In this document: positions 39,087-51,962 of the stretch, in pieces
Position numbering within the stretch: the first letter of the stretch is position 1
How the letters are laid out: each line of letters starts with the position of its first letter
DNA from: Gammaproteobacteria bacterium
GTDB taxonomy: Bacteria > Pseudomonadota > Gammaproteobacteria > SpSt-1174
Length of the DNA: 64,000 bases
NCBI GenBank assembly: GCA_037388465.1
Contig: JARRKE010000006.1
Coordinates: 2,853 to 66,852, forward strand
Reading direction: 5' to 3'
The notes under the pieces: model-generated
Databases searched by the model: none
What the model was told of the DNA's origin: nothing
Seen by the model: the letters and a program-made list of their open reading frames with translations, nothing else
Program-made: the position numbers and the translations under genes

Positions 39087-39779
39087 TCAGGCCTGGCTCG
39101 TGGAGCAGTGGGATTCCACGTCGGGGATGCTCGCCACCGCCGTGCGCTGCAGGCGTGCATCCAGGATGCGTTTGCCCGCCAGCAAAAAGCCCAGCACGAT
39201 AAAACCGCCGGGCGGCAGGATCAGCAGCAGAAATCCCCGATAGTCGGGGATCACGGTGATATCCAGGAATGCGAAGCTGTTGCCCAACAGGGTTTCGGCG
39301 TGGGAAAACAGCGTGCCGGAACCGAGGATCTCGCGCACCGCGCCGAGGACGACCAGCGCGAAGGTGAAGCCGAGACCCATCATCAGGCCGTCGGCGGCCG
39401 AGGCCAGCACCTTGTTGCGCGAAGCGAAGGATTCCGCGCGTCCCAGGATGGCGCAGTTGGTGACGATGAGCGGGATGAACAGGCCGAGCACCTTGTGCAG
39501 TTCGTGCAGCCAGGCGTTCATGGCCATGTCCACCAGGGTGACGATGCCGGCGATCAGAAGCACGAACACGGCGATGCGGATCTCGTCGGTGATGATGCGC
39601 CGGAAGCTGGAAACCACGGCACCGGAGGCGACCAGTACGGCCGTGGTGGCCAGCCCCATGCCCAGTCCGTTGGTCGCGGTGCTGGTGACCGCCAGCGTGG
39701 GACAAAGCGCCAGCATCTGACCGAATACGACGTTCTTGTCCCACAGGCCGTCGCGCGTGATCTGTCGGTAACTGGTCAT
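39087..39779 (-). CDS. rnfE: Rnf electron-transport complex subunit E
   Basis: [23 protein letters not shown]... polytopic membrane protein. Its position in the operon also fits. Confidence 0.9.
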   Translation of the reverse strand: MTSYRQITRDGLWDKNVVFGQMLALCPTLAVTSTATNGLGMGLATTAVLVASGAVVSSFRRIITDEIRIAVFVLLIAGIVTLVDMAMNAWLHELHKVLGLFIPLIVTNCAILGRAESFASRNKVLASAADGLMMGLGFTFALVVLGAVREILGSGTLFSHAETLLGNSFAFLDITVIPDYRGFLLLILPPGGFIVLGFLLAGKRILDARLQRTAVASIPDVESHCSTSQA

Positions 39780-40438
39780 GGGGTTTCTCCTTTTTCAGGC
39801 GCCTTGGCGGCGCCGTTCAGCAATTGATCCCGGTGCCGGGCGAAGAATTCCAGTCCGCCGTGCACCGCCTTGACCACGGCGCGCGGGGTGATGGTGGCGC
39901 CGCTGAACTGGTCGAAGCGTCCGCCGTCCTTTTTCACGTGCCAGTCCTTCTCCGGGGTATTGGCGAGGGACAGGCCGTCGAAACTGAGAATCCACTTGGT
40001 CTTGCTGAGCTCGATCTTGTCGCCCAGCCCGGGCGTTTCCGACAGGGAGATGACGCGCACGCCCAGGAGCTTGCCGTCGCGGTCGACGCCCAGCATCAGG
40101 TCGATGGGTCCGCCGTAACCCTGGCCGATCACCTGGAATGCGACGGCGGTGGTTTTGCCGTCCTTGGTGGCCAGGAAGACGCGTACCGGATGCCCCGGCG
40201 GGTTGGCGACATGCACGGTGTTATCGAGCATGTCGTTGTCGTGGATATCGCCCGGGATCACTTCCTGCAGCGAGGCGCGCATATCCTCGGCGTGGCGGTT
40301 GCGGATCTCCATGACCGTGATCCGGTTGGCGATTACCAGCGCGGCGCTGGCCACCAGGGCCACCGCGCCGAGCATGATGCCGTGAAAGACGAGCCGGTCG
40401 CGCCACGGCCGCTTGGTCTGCTGCGTCGCGTCACTCAT
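39776..40438 (-). CDS. rnfG: Rnf complex subunit G (FMN-binding)
   Basis: N-terminal TM helix and the FMN attachment motif [10 protein letters not shown]. Start chosen at MSDATQ (ATG 40438). Confidence 0.9.
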   Translation of the reverse strand: MSDATQQTKRPWRDRLVFHGIMLGAVALVASAALVIANRITVMEIRNRHAEDMRASLQEVIPGDIHDNDMLDNTVHVANPPGHPVRVFLATKDGKTTAVAFQVIGQGYGGPIDLMLGVDRDGKLLGVRVISLSETPGLGDKIELSKTKWILSFDGLSLANTPEKDWHVKKDGGRFDQFSGATITPRAVVKAVHGGLEFFARHRDQLLNGAAKAPEKGETP

Positions 40439-41525
40439 CGGACGTCTCGTTCCGGGGCGCCGGCGGCCGCAGCGGTTCGCCGCGGCGGGTGCGTCCGTAG
40501 ACGCGCGGGCGCAGGTAGTGGTCGATGAGCGGCGTGACCGCATTCATGAGCAGCACGGCGAAGGCCACACCCTCCGGATAACCGCCCCAGGTGCGGATGA
40601 CCCAGGTCAGGGCGCCGCAGCCGGCGCCGAACAGCAACTGGCCGCGGGGGCTGCTGGGCGAGGTCACCGGATCGGTGGCGATGAAGAACGCGCCGAGCAG
40701 GGCGCCGCCCGACAACAGGTGAAACAGTACGCCGCCGTAGCGTTCCGGGTCGATCCAGTGGAACAGACCGCTCAGTGCGGCGATGGCCGCGAGCATGGCC
40801 AGCGGTATCTGCCAGGTGATGATGCGCTGCTGGAGCAGCACCAGCCCGCCGAGCACGACCAGCAGGGCGGAGGTTTCGCCCAGGCTGCCGTTGGTGTCGC
40901 CCAGCAGCGACGCCGTCGGCGCGAAGTGCCCGGTCAGGGATTGGGACAGGGTGTGGCCCTGGGTGAATCCGGTTTTGACATAGCCCAGCACGGTGGCGCT
41001 GGTCATGCCGTCGATATGCGGTGCGGTCCCGAAGGTGATCGACAGGGCGGTGAGAAAGTCAGGCGAGTCGGCGGCGAACAGCGGATGCGGCTGCGCCCAG
41101 GTGGTCATCTCCAGGGGAAACGAGATCAGCAGCGCCACCCGGGCCAGCATGGCGGGATTGAACAGGTTCTGCCCGATGCCGCCGAACACCTGCTTGCCGA
41201 TGAGGATGGCGAACGCGCCGCCCAGCGCGCCGATCCACCACGGCGCCCAGGGCGGCAGGGTGAGGGCCAGCAGCCAGGCGGTGAGCAGGGCGGAACCGTC
41301 GAACAGCGAGCTGCGCACCGGCTTGCCCATCAACCACAGGGACAGGGTCTCGCTGAGCAGCGCCGCGGCAATGGTGACCATTAGCAGATTCAGGGCCGGC
41401 CAGCCGAACAGGTAGAGGCCGAGGCCGGCCGCCGGCGAAGAGGCCAGCAGCACCAGGGCCATGGTACGGGGCACGCTGCTGGGTGCGCGGACGTGCGGTC
41501 CGCCGATGACTTCGGTCTGCGCCAT
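40431..41525 (-). CDS. rnfD: Rnf complex subunit D
   Basis: 364-aa polytopic protein with the ...GYVKTGFTQ.../...ATDPVTSP motifs typical of RnfD/NqrB. Confidence 0.9.
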   Translation of the reverse strand: MAQTEVIGGPHVRAPSSVPRTMALVLLASSPAAGLGLYLFGWPALNLLMVTIAAALLSETLSLWLMGKPVRSSLFDGSALLTAWLLALTLPPWAPWWIGALGGAFAILIGKQVFGGIGQNLFNPAMLARVALLISFPLEMTTWAQPHPLFAADSPDFLTALSITFGTAPHIDGMTSATVLGYVKTGFTQGHTLSQSLTGHFAPTASLLGDTNGSLGETSALLVVLGGLVLLQQRIITWQIPLAMLAAIAALSGLFHWIDPERYGGVLFHLLSGGALLGAFFIATDPVTSPSSPRGQLLFGAGCGALTWVIRTWGGYPEGVAFAVLLMNAVTPLIDHYLRPRVYGRTRRGEPLRPPAPRNETSDE

Positions 41526-42979
41526 TAACCGGACTCCGTGGATTCGGCAGCTTCGCTGCGCCGGCGCTGCTGGTTCGCCTTTTGCTGCTTGGCCGCTTCC
41601 AGGCGGGCGTTGCGCTCGGCCGCCAGGCGGCGGGTTTCCTCGGTCTTGCGCTGTTCCTCACGCTGGTTCGCGAGGGCACCCTTGGCGAAGTTGAAGTACT
41701 GCACCAGCGGAATGTTCGAGGGGCAGACGTAAGAGCAGGAACCGCAGGAGATGCAGTCGCCCAGCCCGTAGCTCACGGCGCCGTCGATGTCCCCGCTGCG
41801 CACCCGGGACGCCATCTCCAGGGGCATGAGACCGCAGGGGCAGGCGGCCACGCAGCGGGCGCAGCGGATACAGGGGCGCACCTCGCCCGCGTTGATCTCT
41901 TTGGCGGTCAGGGCAATGATGCCGTTGGTGCCCTTGACCACGGGCACCTGCGCATGGGGCAGGACCATGCCCATCATGGGCCCGCCAGCCAGCAGCCTGG
42001 CCGGTTCTTCCTTCAGCCCGCAGGCTTCCAGCAGGTCGCTGACCAGAGTGCCCAGCGGCACCTCCAGGTTGCGTGGCGTGTCCACCGCGCCGCCGCCGAC
42101 GGTGACGATGCGCGAGATCAGCGCCTGATCACGGCGCAGGGCATTCCGGACCGCGTGGGCCGTGGCGACGTTGTGCACCACGATGCCGACATCGGCGCTG
42201 AGCTTGCCGGCCGGCACCTCCAGGCCGGTCAGCGCCTGGATCATCTGCTTTTCCGAACCCATGGGGTAGCGGGTGGGCACGGCGGTGACGTGCACGTCCG
42301 GGCAGGCGGCCGCGGCGGCGGTCATGGCCGCGATCGCATAGGGTTTGTTGTCTTCGATGGCGATGCGCGCGGTGTGCGCATGCAGTGCGCGCATCATGAT
42401 GCGCACGCCGTCGATGATCTCCCGCGGACGTTCCTGCATCAGCCGGTCGTCGCAGGTGAGATAGGGTTCGCACTCGCCGCCGTTGATCACCAGGGTGTGT
42501 ACGGTGTTGCGGCTGCCCAGGTTGAGTTTTACCGCTGCGGGAAAGGCGGCGCCGCCCATGCCGACGATGCCGGCGGCACCGACACGCGCCGCGATCTCCT
42601 CCGGCGTCATGGCAAAGGCGTCGCTGTCGTAGCTGCGCTCCGCCCAGCGCTCCTCGCCGTCCGGTTCCAGGATGACGGTACGTACCGGCAGGCCGGACGG
42701 GTGCGGTGCGGTGAACGGCTCGATGGCGACCACGGTGCCGGACGTGGACGCGTGCACCGGCGCCGAAACCGCCCCCGCGCTGCGTGCCAGGAGCTGGCCC
42801 TTGAGCACGTAGTCGCCGGGTTTGACCAGCGGTTCGGCAGGCGCCCCGATATGCTGCTGCACCGGCAGGTACAGGCGCGCCGGCAGCGGCAGCGGTTCGA
42901 TCTCGCGGTCGGTCGTGGACTGTTTGTGGCCTTCGGGGTGGACCCCGCCGCGAAAGCGCAGACGACGCAGGCGCAACAT
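41525..42979 (-). CDS. rnfC: Rnf complex subunit C
   Basis: RFRGGVHP N-terminus, a NADH/FMN-binding core, two CxxCxxCxxxCP ferredoxin motifs and a Lys/Arg/Glu-rich tail. Confidence 0.95.
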   Translation of the reverse strand: MLRLRRLRFRGGVHPEGHKQSTTDREIEPLPLPARLYLPVQQHIGAPAEPLVKPGDYVLKGQLLARSAGAVSAPVHASTSGTVVAIEPFTAPHPSGLPVRTVILEPDGEERWAERSYDSDAFAMTPEEIAARVGAAGIVGMGGAAFPAAVKLNLGSRNTVHTLVINGGECEPYLTCDDRLMQERPREIIDGVRIMMRALHAHTARIAIEDNKPYAIAAMTAAAAACPDVHVTAVPTRYPMGSEKQMIQALTGLEVPAGKLSADVGIVVHNVATAHAVRNALRRDQALISRIVTVGGGAVDTPRNLEVPLGTLVSDLLEACGLKEEPARLLAGGPMMGMVLPHAQVPVVKGTNGIIALTAKEINAGEVRPCIRCARCVAACPCGLMPLEMASRVRSGDIDGAVSYGLGDCISCGSCSYVCPSNIPLVQYFNFAKGALANQREEQRKTEETRRLAAERNARLEAAKQQKANQQRRRSEAAESTESG

Positions 42980-42989
42980 GGCGGTCGAC

Positions 42990-43520
42990 TCAGGCGGCCA
43001 GCGCGGGTTTCGGCCAGCGCCAAGTCTGCAGCGTGGCAGCGACGGGCTGCAACTGCAGGCATTCGGTGGGGCAGACCTCGACGCATTTGCCGCAGGCCGT
43101 GCACGCCCGCTGAATCACCACGTGGATCTGCTTGGGTGCGCCGACGATGGCGTCGGTGGGGCAGACCTTGAAGCAGCGCGTGCAGCCGATACAGGTACCC
43201 TCGCTGACCCGCGCCAGCTGGGGCGGGCCGTCGCTCATGCCGGAAAGGTCGGCCTCAACGCCCAGCTTGGCGGCCAGGGATTCGGCCAGCGAACGGCCGC
43301 CCGGGGGGCACAGCGTCACCGGCGCTTCGCCGTTCGCCAGCGCCTGGGCGGCACCGGTGCAACCCGGGAACCCGCACTGGCCGCACTGGGAGCCGGGCAG
43401 CATGGCCTCGATTTCCTCGACCAGCGGATTCGCCTCCACCTTGAGGTAGTGGGAGGCCAGCCCGAGCGCGTAGCCGAGCACCAGGCCAAGGATGGTAAGA
43501 GCGGCGATGGCTGAAAACAT
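42990..43520 (-). CDS. rnfB: Rnf complex subunit B
   Basis: N-terminal TM helix, CGQCGFPGC motif and two 4Fe-4S CxxCxxCxxxCP motifs. Confidence 0.95.
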   Translation of the reverse strand: MFSAIAALTILGLVLGYALGLASHYLKVEANPLVEEIEAMLPGSQCGQCGFPGCTGAAQALANGEAPVTLCPPGGRSLAESLAAKLGVEADLSGMSDGPPQLARVSEGTCIGCTRCFKVCPTDAIVGAPKQIHVVIQRACTACGKCVEVCPTECLQLQPVAATLQTWRWPKPALAA

Positions 43521-43538
43521 CTCTTTAATCCTCCTGAT

Positions 43539-44117
43539 TCAGTGCACCAGGCCGGCGAAGCCCATGAAGGCCAACGACAGCAGGCCGGCGACGATGAAGG
43601 CGATGGGGGCGCCCGCAAACGCCGCCGGCACGTTGGCCAGCGCGAGGCGTTGACGCATCCCGGCGAAAATGACCATGACGATCGTGAAACCCAGTGCCGA
43701 GCCGAAGCCGTAGATCACGCTCTGCATGAACGAGTACTTGTCCTGCACGGTCAGCAGGGCCACGCCCAGCACCGCGCAGTTGGTGGTGATCAGGGGCAGA
43801 AAGATGCCCAGCAGCTGGTAGAGCATGGGGCTCGTCTTGCGGATGACCATTTCGGTGAACTGGACCACCGCGGCGATGACGAGGATGAAGGACAGGATGC
43901 GCAGATAACCGATGTCGAGGGGTTCCAGCACGTAGTGTTCGAGAATCCAGCTGGCCACCGACGCCATGGTCAGCACGAAGGTGGTGGCCAAGCCCATGCT
44001 CAAGGCCGTGTCGATCTTGTTCGACACCCCCATGAAGGGGCACAGGCCCAGGAACTTCACCAGGACGACGTTGTTGACCAGGGCCGTCGCCAGCAGCATC
44101 ACCAAGTACTGTGTCAT
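43539..44117 (-). CDS. rnfA: Rnf complex subunit A
   Basis: 192 aa. [18 protein letters not shown]... polytopic protein, first gene of the operon. Confidence 0.95.
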   Translation of the reverse strand: MTQYLVMLLATALVNNVVLVKFLGLCPFMGVSNKIDTALSMGLATTFVLTMASVASWILEHYVLEPLDIGYLRILSFILVIAAVVQFTEMVIRKTSPMLYQLLGIFLPLITTNCAVLGVALLTVQDKYSFMQSVIYGFGSALGFTIVMVIFAGMRQRLALANVPAAFAGAPIAFIVAGLLSLAFMGFAGLVH

Positions 44118-44146
44118 GTATGCGTCACCTCTCCTGCCAGAGGATT

Positions 44147-44162
44147 TGCATCAACCGTGCCA
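44147..44162 (-). promoter_or_regulatory. Sigma-54 promoter of the rnf operon
   Basis: The minus strand reads TGGCACggttgATGCA with correct GG-N10-GC spacing. It lies ~30 nt upstream of the rnfA ATG. Confidence 0.7.
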
Positions 44163-44182
44163 CGACTGGGGAAAAGCGCTGA

Positions 44183-46042
<1,860 letters not shown>

Positions 46043-46046
46043 GGCG

Positions 46047-47624
<1,578 letters not shown>

Positions 47625-47630
47625 TCCCCC

Positions 47631-47646
47631 TGTCGGCTTCGCCACA
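47631..47646. promoter_or_regulatory. NifA UAS 1 upstream of nifB
   Basis: TGTcggcttcgccACA (TGT-N10-ACA). Confidence 0.65.
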
Positions 47647-47663
47647 AGCGCCCGTTCCCGGGC

Positions 47664-47679
47664 TGTGGCGTTCGCGACA
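47664..47679. promoter_or_regulatory. NifA UAS 2 upstream of nifB
   Basis: TGTggcgttcgcgACA (TGT-N10-ACA). Confidence 0.65.
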
Positions 47680-47742
47680 AAGCCGTGTTTCAGCTACGCC
47701 AAAAACCACCTATCGTTATGAAATAAAAGGATTTTCCAAATC

Positions 47743-47758
47743 AGGCACGGCGCTTGCA
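47743..47758 (+). promoter_or_regulatory. Sigma-54 promoter of the nifB operon
   Basis: aGGCACggcgcTTGCA with correct spacing, ~67 nt before the nifB ATG. Confidence 0.7.
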
Positions 47759-47824
47759 CATGTCTCTATCAAGCAACATGCATGGCTTCCCCACGAAGAC
47801 CGGACAGAGACTTGAGGAGCGGAC

Positions 47825-49333
47825 ATGGAACTGAAAGTGCTTGGCCAGGCTGAACCCGAGGCACCCAAGGGCGGTTGTTCCGCAGGATCCTGCGGCAGCA
47901 CCGACGATCAGCTGTCTCACCTGCCGGAAGACATCCGGGAAAAGGTTCACAACCATCCCTGTTATTCCGAAGAGGCGCATCACTACTTCGCCCGCATGCA
48001 CGTGGCGGTGGCGCCGGCCTGCAACATCCAGTGCCACTACTGCAACCGCAAGTACGACTGCGCCAACGAATCGCGTCCCGGCGTGGTGTCCGAGCTGCTG
48101 ACGCCCGATCAGGCGGTGAAGAAGACCATGGCGGTGGCCGCCAACATTCCCCAGATGACCGTGCTGGGCATTGCCGGCCCCGGCGATCCGCTGGCCAACC
48201 CGGAGCGCACCTTCGCGACCTTCCGCGCGCTGTCCGAGCAGGCACCCGACATCAAGCTGTGCGTGTCCACCAACGGCCTGGCCCTGCCCGCGTCCGTCGA
48301 CGAGCTGGCCAAGCACAACATCGATCACGTCACCATCACCATCAACTGCGTGGACCCCGAGGTGGGCGCCAAGATCTATCCGTGGATCTTCTGGAACAAT
48401 CGCCGCATCAAGGGCAAGAAGGGCGCCAAGATCCTCATCGAGCAGCAGCAGAAAGGCCTGGAGATGCTGGTCGAGCGCGGCATCCTGGTGAAGGTCAACT
48501 CGGTGATGATCCCCGGCGTCAACGACGAGCATCTCAAGGAGGTCAGCCGGATCGTCAAGCAGAAGGGCGCCTTCCTGCACAACGTCATGCCGCTGATCGC
48601 CGAGGCGGAGCACGGCACCTTCTACGGCGTCATGGGTCAGCGCGGTCCCAAGTCCTCCGAACTGCAGGCCCTGCAGGACGACTGCGCCGGCGACATGAAC
48701 ATGATGCGCCACTGCCGCCAGTGCCGCGCCGACGCCGTCGGTCTGCTGGGCGAGGATCGCGGTGCCGAATTCACCATGGACAAGATCGAGGATATGGAGA
48801 TCGACTACACCGCCGCGATGGAAAAGCGCGCCCAGGTGCACGCCGCCATCGAACAGGAACTGGCGGCCAAGCAGGCGAAGCCCCAGGCCCCCGCGCTGGT
48901 GCCGCTGGAATCCCTGGGCGGCGGCAGCAAGCCGCGCCCCGTGCTGATGGCGGTGGCCACCACCGGCGGCGGCGTCATCAACCAGCATTTCGGCCATGCG
49001 CGTGAATTCCTGGTGTACGAGGCATCGGCCGAAGGCGTGCGCTTCATCGGTCATCGCAAGGTCGACCTGTACTGCAGCGGCGGCGATACCTGCGGCGACG
49101 GCGAGTCGGTGCTCGGCGGCATCATCAATACCCTCGAGGGCTGCGAGGCGGTGCTGTGCGCCAAGATCGGCTACGAGCCCTGGGAGATGCTGGAAGAGGC
49201 CGGCATCCAACCCAACGGCGAGCATGCTATGGAGCCTATCGAGGACGCGGTGATGGCCGTCTACAGCGAAATGCTCGAGATGGGCAAGCTGGATGCGAAG
49301 ACGGATGACCAGGAGACGCAGGCGACTGCCTGA
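47825..49333 (+). CDS. nifB: FeMo-cofactor biosynthesis radical-SAM protein NifB (with a NifX-like C-terminal domain)
   Basis: The HPCYSEEAHHYFARMHVAVAPACNIQCHYCNRKYDC radical-SAM motif is present. The C-terminal ...VAVATTGGGVINQHFGHA... segment is a NifX/NifY-type domain. Confidence 0.95.
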   Translation: MELKVLGQAEPEAPKGGCSAGSCGSTDDQLSHLPEDIREKVHNHPCYSEEAHHYFARMHVAVAPACNIQCHYCNRKYDCANESRPGVVSELLTPDQAVKKTMAVAANIPQMTVLGIAGPGDPLANPERTFATFRALSEQAPDIKLCVSTNGLALPASVDELAKHNIDHVTITINCVDPEVGAKIYPWIFWNNRRIKGKKGAKILIEQQQKGLEMLVERGILVKVNSVMIPGVNDEHLKEVSRIVKQKGAFLHNVMPLIAEAEHGTFYGVMGQRGPKSSELQALQDDCAGDMNMMRHCRQCRADAVGLLGEDRGAEFTMDKIEDMEIDYTAAMEKRAQVHAAIEQELAAKQAKPQAPALVPLESLGGGSKPRPVLMAVATTGGGVINQHFGHAREFLVYEASAEGVRFIGHRKVDLYCSGGDTCGDGESVLGGIINTLEGCEAVLCAKIGYEPWEMLEEAGIQPNGEHAMEPIEDAVMAVYSEMLEMGKLDAKTDDQETQATA

Positions 49334-49347
49334 AGGAGTACCCGGTT

Positions 49348-49626
49348 ATGGCACTGAAAATTATCGAGAGTTGTGTGAACTGTTGGGCCTGCGAACCGCT
49401 GTGTCCCAACCAGGCCATCTATGAGGCGAAGCCGCATTTTCTGATCGACGCCAAGAAATGCACGGAGTGCGAGGGCGAGTTTGCCGACGCCCAGTGCGCC
49501 AGCATCTGTCCCATCGAGGGCGCGATCCTCGATGCCCTGGACGAGGCGCTGAATCCGCCCGGCTCCCTGACGGGCATCCCGCCCGAGCGCATGGCCGAGG
49601 CCATGGCCGAACTGCAGGCCCATTGA
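49348..49626 (+). CDS. fdxN: 2[4Fe-4S] ferredoxin, nif-associated (FdxN-like)
   Basis: CVNCWACEPLCP and CTECEGEFADAQCASICP (C-x2-C-x8-C-x3-CP) motifs. It lies directly after nifB, as in Azotobacter. Confidence 0.85.
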   Translation: MALKIIESCVNCWACEPLCPNQAIYEAKPHFLIDAKKCTECEGEFADAQCASICPIEGAILDALDEALNPPGSLTGIPPERMAEAMAELQAH

Positions 49627-49644
49627 TCGACCGGAGGAATCATC

Positions 49645-49962
49645 ATGGCAAAGTTCAGCGTTTCGATGTCGCAGCCGCACGCGCCGGAAGTGGCGTTCGT
49701 CCCCGAACTGCGCCTCTGGCCGCGACTGCATGATGCGGCGGGTTCCGCCTGGGCGCGTCTGATGAACGGTGGGCGCAGGACCCTGGTGCGCTGCGTGTCG
49801 TTGGTGAACGATTGTGACGAGATGGTTCCGGTCGAACTGGGCCGGGTGCCGCGCCGCGTGTGGCGCCGCCACAGCGCCTATCTGGTCTACGACATGGAGG
49901 TACGGGCCGCGGCCGCCAGGCGGATCGCCGGCAACCGGTCGGATGCGCAACCGAACGCCTGA
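49645..49962 (+). CDS. Hypothetical protein embedded in the nifB operon (105 aa)
   Basis: GGAGGAATCATC precedes the ATG. Third-position GC is high. It is tightly packed between fdxN and nifO. No motif recognised. Confidence 0.5.
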   Translation: MAKFSVSMSQPHAPEVAFVPELRLWPRLHDAAGSAWARLMNGGRRTLVRCVSLVNDCDEMVPVELGRVPRRVWRRHSAYLVYDMEVRAAAARRIAGNRSDAQPNA

Positions 49963-49968
49963 CGCGCG

Positions 49969-50403
49969 ATGGCCGTCGTCGTCTTCTATGCCAAGCCAGG
50001 CTGCGTGAACAACAGCCGCCAGCACCGGTTGCTGGTGGAGATGGGGCATCAAGTAGTGGTGCGAGATCTGCTCGACGAGGTGTGGACGCCGGCGCGTCTG
50101 CAACGGTTTTTCGCCGGCCTGCCCGTCGCCGAATGGTTCAACACGAGCGCGCCGCGCGTGCGCTCGGGCGAGGTTAGGCCCGAAGACCTGGAGCCGGACC
50201 ATGCGTTGGCGCTGATGGTACGGGAGCCGTTGCTGATTCGCCGTCCGCTCATGGAAAAGGGCGGTGAGACACGGGTCGGCTTCGAACCTGAACAGGTGAA
50301 GGCATGGCTTGGTCTGGACATGGCAAACGACGGGGATTTGGAAACCTGCCCACGGTTTTCCACCGCCAAGCATGTGGCGTGCGGTGGACAGGAGGCGCCA
50401 TGA
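49969..50403 (+). CDS. nifO: ArsC/Spx-family protein NifO
   Basis: VVFYAKPGCVNNSRQ..L N-terminus of the ArsC fold. It occupies the position between fdxN and nifQ, as in A. vinelandii. Confidence 0.75.
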   Translation: MAVVVFYAKPGCVNNSRQHRLLVEMGHQVVVRDLLDEVWTPARLQRFFAGLPVAEWFNTSAPRVRSGEVRPEDLEPDHALALMVREPLLIRRPLMEKGGETRVGFEPEQVKAWLGLDMANDGDLETCPRFSTAKHVACGGQEAP

Positions 50404-50975
50404 ACCGGGCCATGAGCGATACCGATGCGGTGCACGCCGCCCACGCCTACCTGATGTCCTTTGCGCAAGGCCGGGCCAACGACGATGCACTCGCCTGCAT
50501 GCTGGCCAGCAATGCTCAGGGGCACGGTGCGCTGCCGTTGCGGTTGGGCCTGTCTGCGGCGGATCACGCGCACATGATCGACCGGCATTTCCCGGGTGCG
50601 TGCTGGTCCACCCCGCAACACGATACGCACAAACCCGACCCGCAGCGCGAAGAGGAACGCGGCGAGCTGCGGCGCTTGCTGCTTGTTAACTGCGCCGGCA
50701 GCGACGAGTCAGAACGTTGGATCGCCGACATCGTCACCGCCGCCTGCATGGGCGGAGACCATCTGTGGCAGGACCTCGGGCTGTGGGCGCGTACCGATCT
50801 CACCGAGCTGATGCGCAACAATTTCCCGGCGCTGGCGGCGCGCAACGACCGGGACATGAAGTGGAAAAAGTTTTTATATAAACAGCTCTGCGTGCAGGAA
50901 GGCATCTACACCTGCCGTTCGCCATCCTGCGAGGTGTGCCCGGACTACCATGCCTGTTTCGGCCCCGAGGACTGA
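50400..50975 (+). CDS. nifQ: Molybdenum-donor protein NifQ
   Basis: C-terminal C-x4-C-x2-C-x5-C motif (CRSPSCEVCPDYHAC). ATGA overlap with the nifO stop. Confidence 0.85.
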   Translation: MNRAMSDTDAVHAAHAYLMSFAQGRANDDALACMLASNAQGHGALPLRLGLSAADHAHMIDRHFPGACWSTPQHDTHKPDPQREEERGELRRLLLVNCAGSDESERWIADIVTAACMGGDHLWQDLGLWARTDLTELMRNNFPALAARNDRDMKWKKFLYKQLCVQEGIYTCRSPSCEVCPDYHACFGPED

Positions 50976-51873
50976 AAGCGCGGACAAGGCGGTTCAGGCA
51001 CGCGCGCTCGGTGCCTATCTCGGACTGGCGGTGGGTGATGCCCTGGGTGCGACCGTGGAGTTCATGACGCCCACCGAGATCCGTGTGCAGTACGGCACGC
51101 ATGATCGTATCCGCGGCGGCGGCTGGCTGGGACTGAAACCCGGCCAGGTCACCGACGACACCACCATGGCGCTCGCGTTGGGAAAATCCATTCTCGCGAC
51201 AGGTGGCGTGGATGCCGCGGCCGCCGCCGAGGCGTTCAGCGACTGGATGGCCGCCAAGCCGGTGGATATCGGCAACACGGTGCGCCGCGGCATCGTCCAT
51301 TATCGACATACCGGCAACACCGAAACGCTACCGAGCGAGCACGATGCCGGCAACGGCGCCTGCATGCGCGTGCTGCCCGTGGCGCTCGCCACGCTGGGGC
51401 GATCACGGGAGACGGTACGCGTGGCCGTGCGTGCCCAGGCGCACGTAACCCATAACAACCCGTTGTCGGATGCCGCCAGCGAAACGGTGGTGGCCATGGT
51501 GCAGTCGGCATTGACGGGCGCGGACAAGCGCCAGTTGCTGCACGGGCCGGCGGCGGGGTTGGTGGAGGCGTTTCCGCTGTTCGCCTTTCGCGGCCGGCGG
51601 CGGGACAATCCCAGCGGCTACATCGTCGAAACCCTGCAGGCGGTGTTGCAGGCCCTGTTCGATACCGACGACTTTCAAAGTTGCCTGATCGATGTGGTCA
51701 ACCGCGGCGGCGACGCCGATACCACCGGCGCCATCGCCGGCATGATCGCGGGCGCCCTGTACGGGCCCGACGCCATTCCGCGGGTCTGGCTGACAAAACT
51801 CGTGCCGGACATCGAGCGTGCCTGCCGTGGCCAGGCCGCGGCATTGGTCGGGCTGGCCGCCAGCAGCTATTGA
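50950..51873 (+). CDS. draG: ADP-ribosyl-[dinitrogen reductase] glycohydrolase DraG
   Basis: ARALGAYLGLAVGDALGATVEFMTP...GGGWL.LKPGQVTDDT...VDIGNT.RRGI...GNGA.MR..P...NRGGDADTTGAIAGM tracks R. rubrum DraG. It overlaps the nifQ 3' end by 26 nt. Confidence 0.9.
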   Translation: MPVSAPRTESADKAVQARALGAYLGLAVGDALGATVEFMTPTEIRVQYGTHDRIRGGGWLGLKPGQVTDDTTMALALGKSILATGGVDAAAAAEAFSDWMAAKPVDIGNTVRRGIVHYRHTGNTETLPSEHDAGNGACMRVLPVALATLGRSRETVRVAVRAQAHVTHNNPLSDAASETVVAMVQSALTGADKRQLLHGPAAGLVEAFPLFAFRGRRRDNPSGYIVETLQAVLQALFDTDDFQSCLIDVVNRGGDADTTGAIAGMIAGALYGPDAIPRVWLTKLVPDIERACRGQAAALVGLAASSY

Positions 51874-51907
51874 AATAAACCGTACGGATTTACCGGCGCG
51901 CGAAAAC

Positions 51908-51939
51908 GCCGCCGGCGTACGGCCCGGCGGCATTTTTTT
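51908..51939 (+). terminator. Rho-independent terminator shared by the convergent draG and SIR2-like genes
   Basis: GCCGCCGG (51908..15) pairs with CCGGCGGC (51924..31) and is followed by ATTTTTTTA. An A-run lies upstream. Confidence 0.75.
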
Positions 51940-51962
51940 ACTGTCTGTAACCCGATGGCGCG

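Noticed and set aside
50304-50399. Longer nifQ start at 50304, overlapping nifO by 100 nt.
   Set aside because: The upstream 32 codons are an out-of-frame reading of nifO. ATG 50400 gives the classic ATGA stop/start coupling and a NifQ-like N-terminus.
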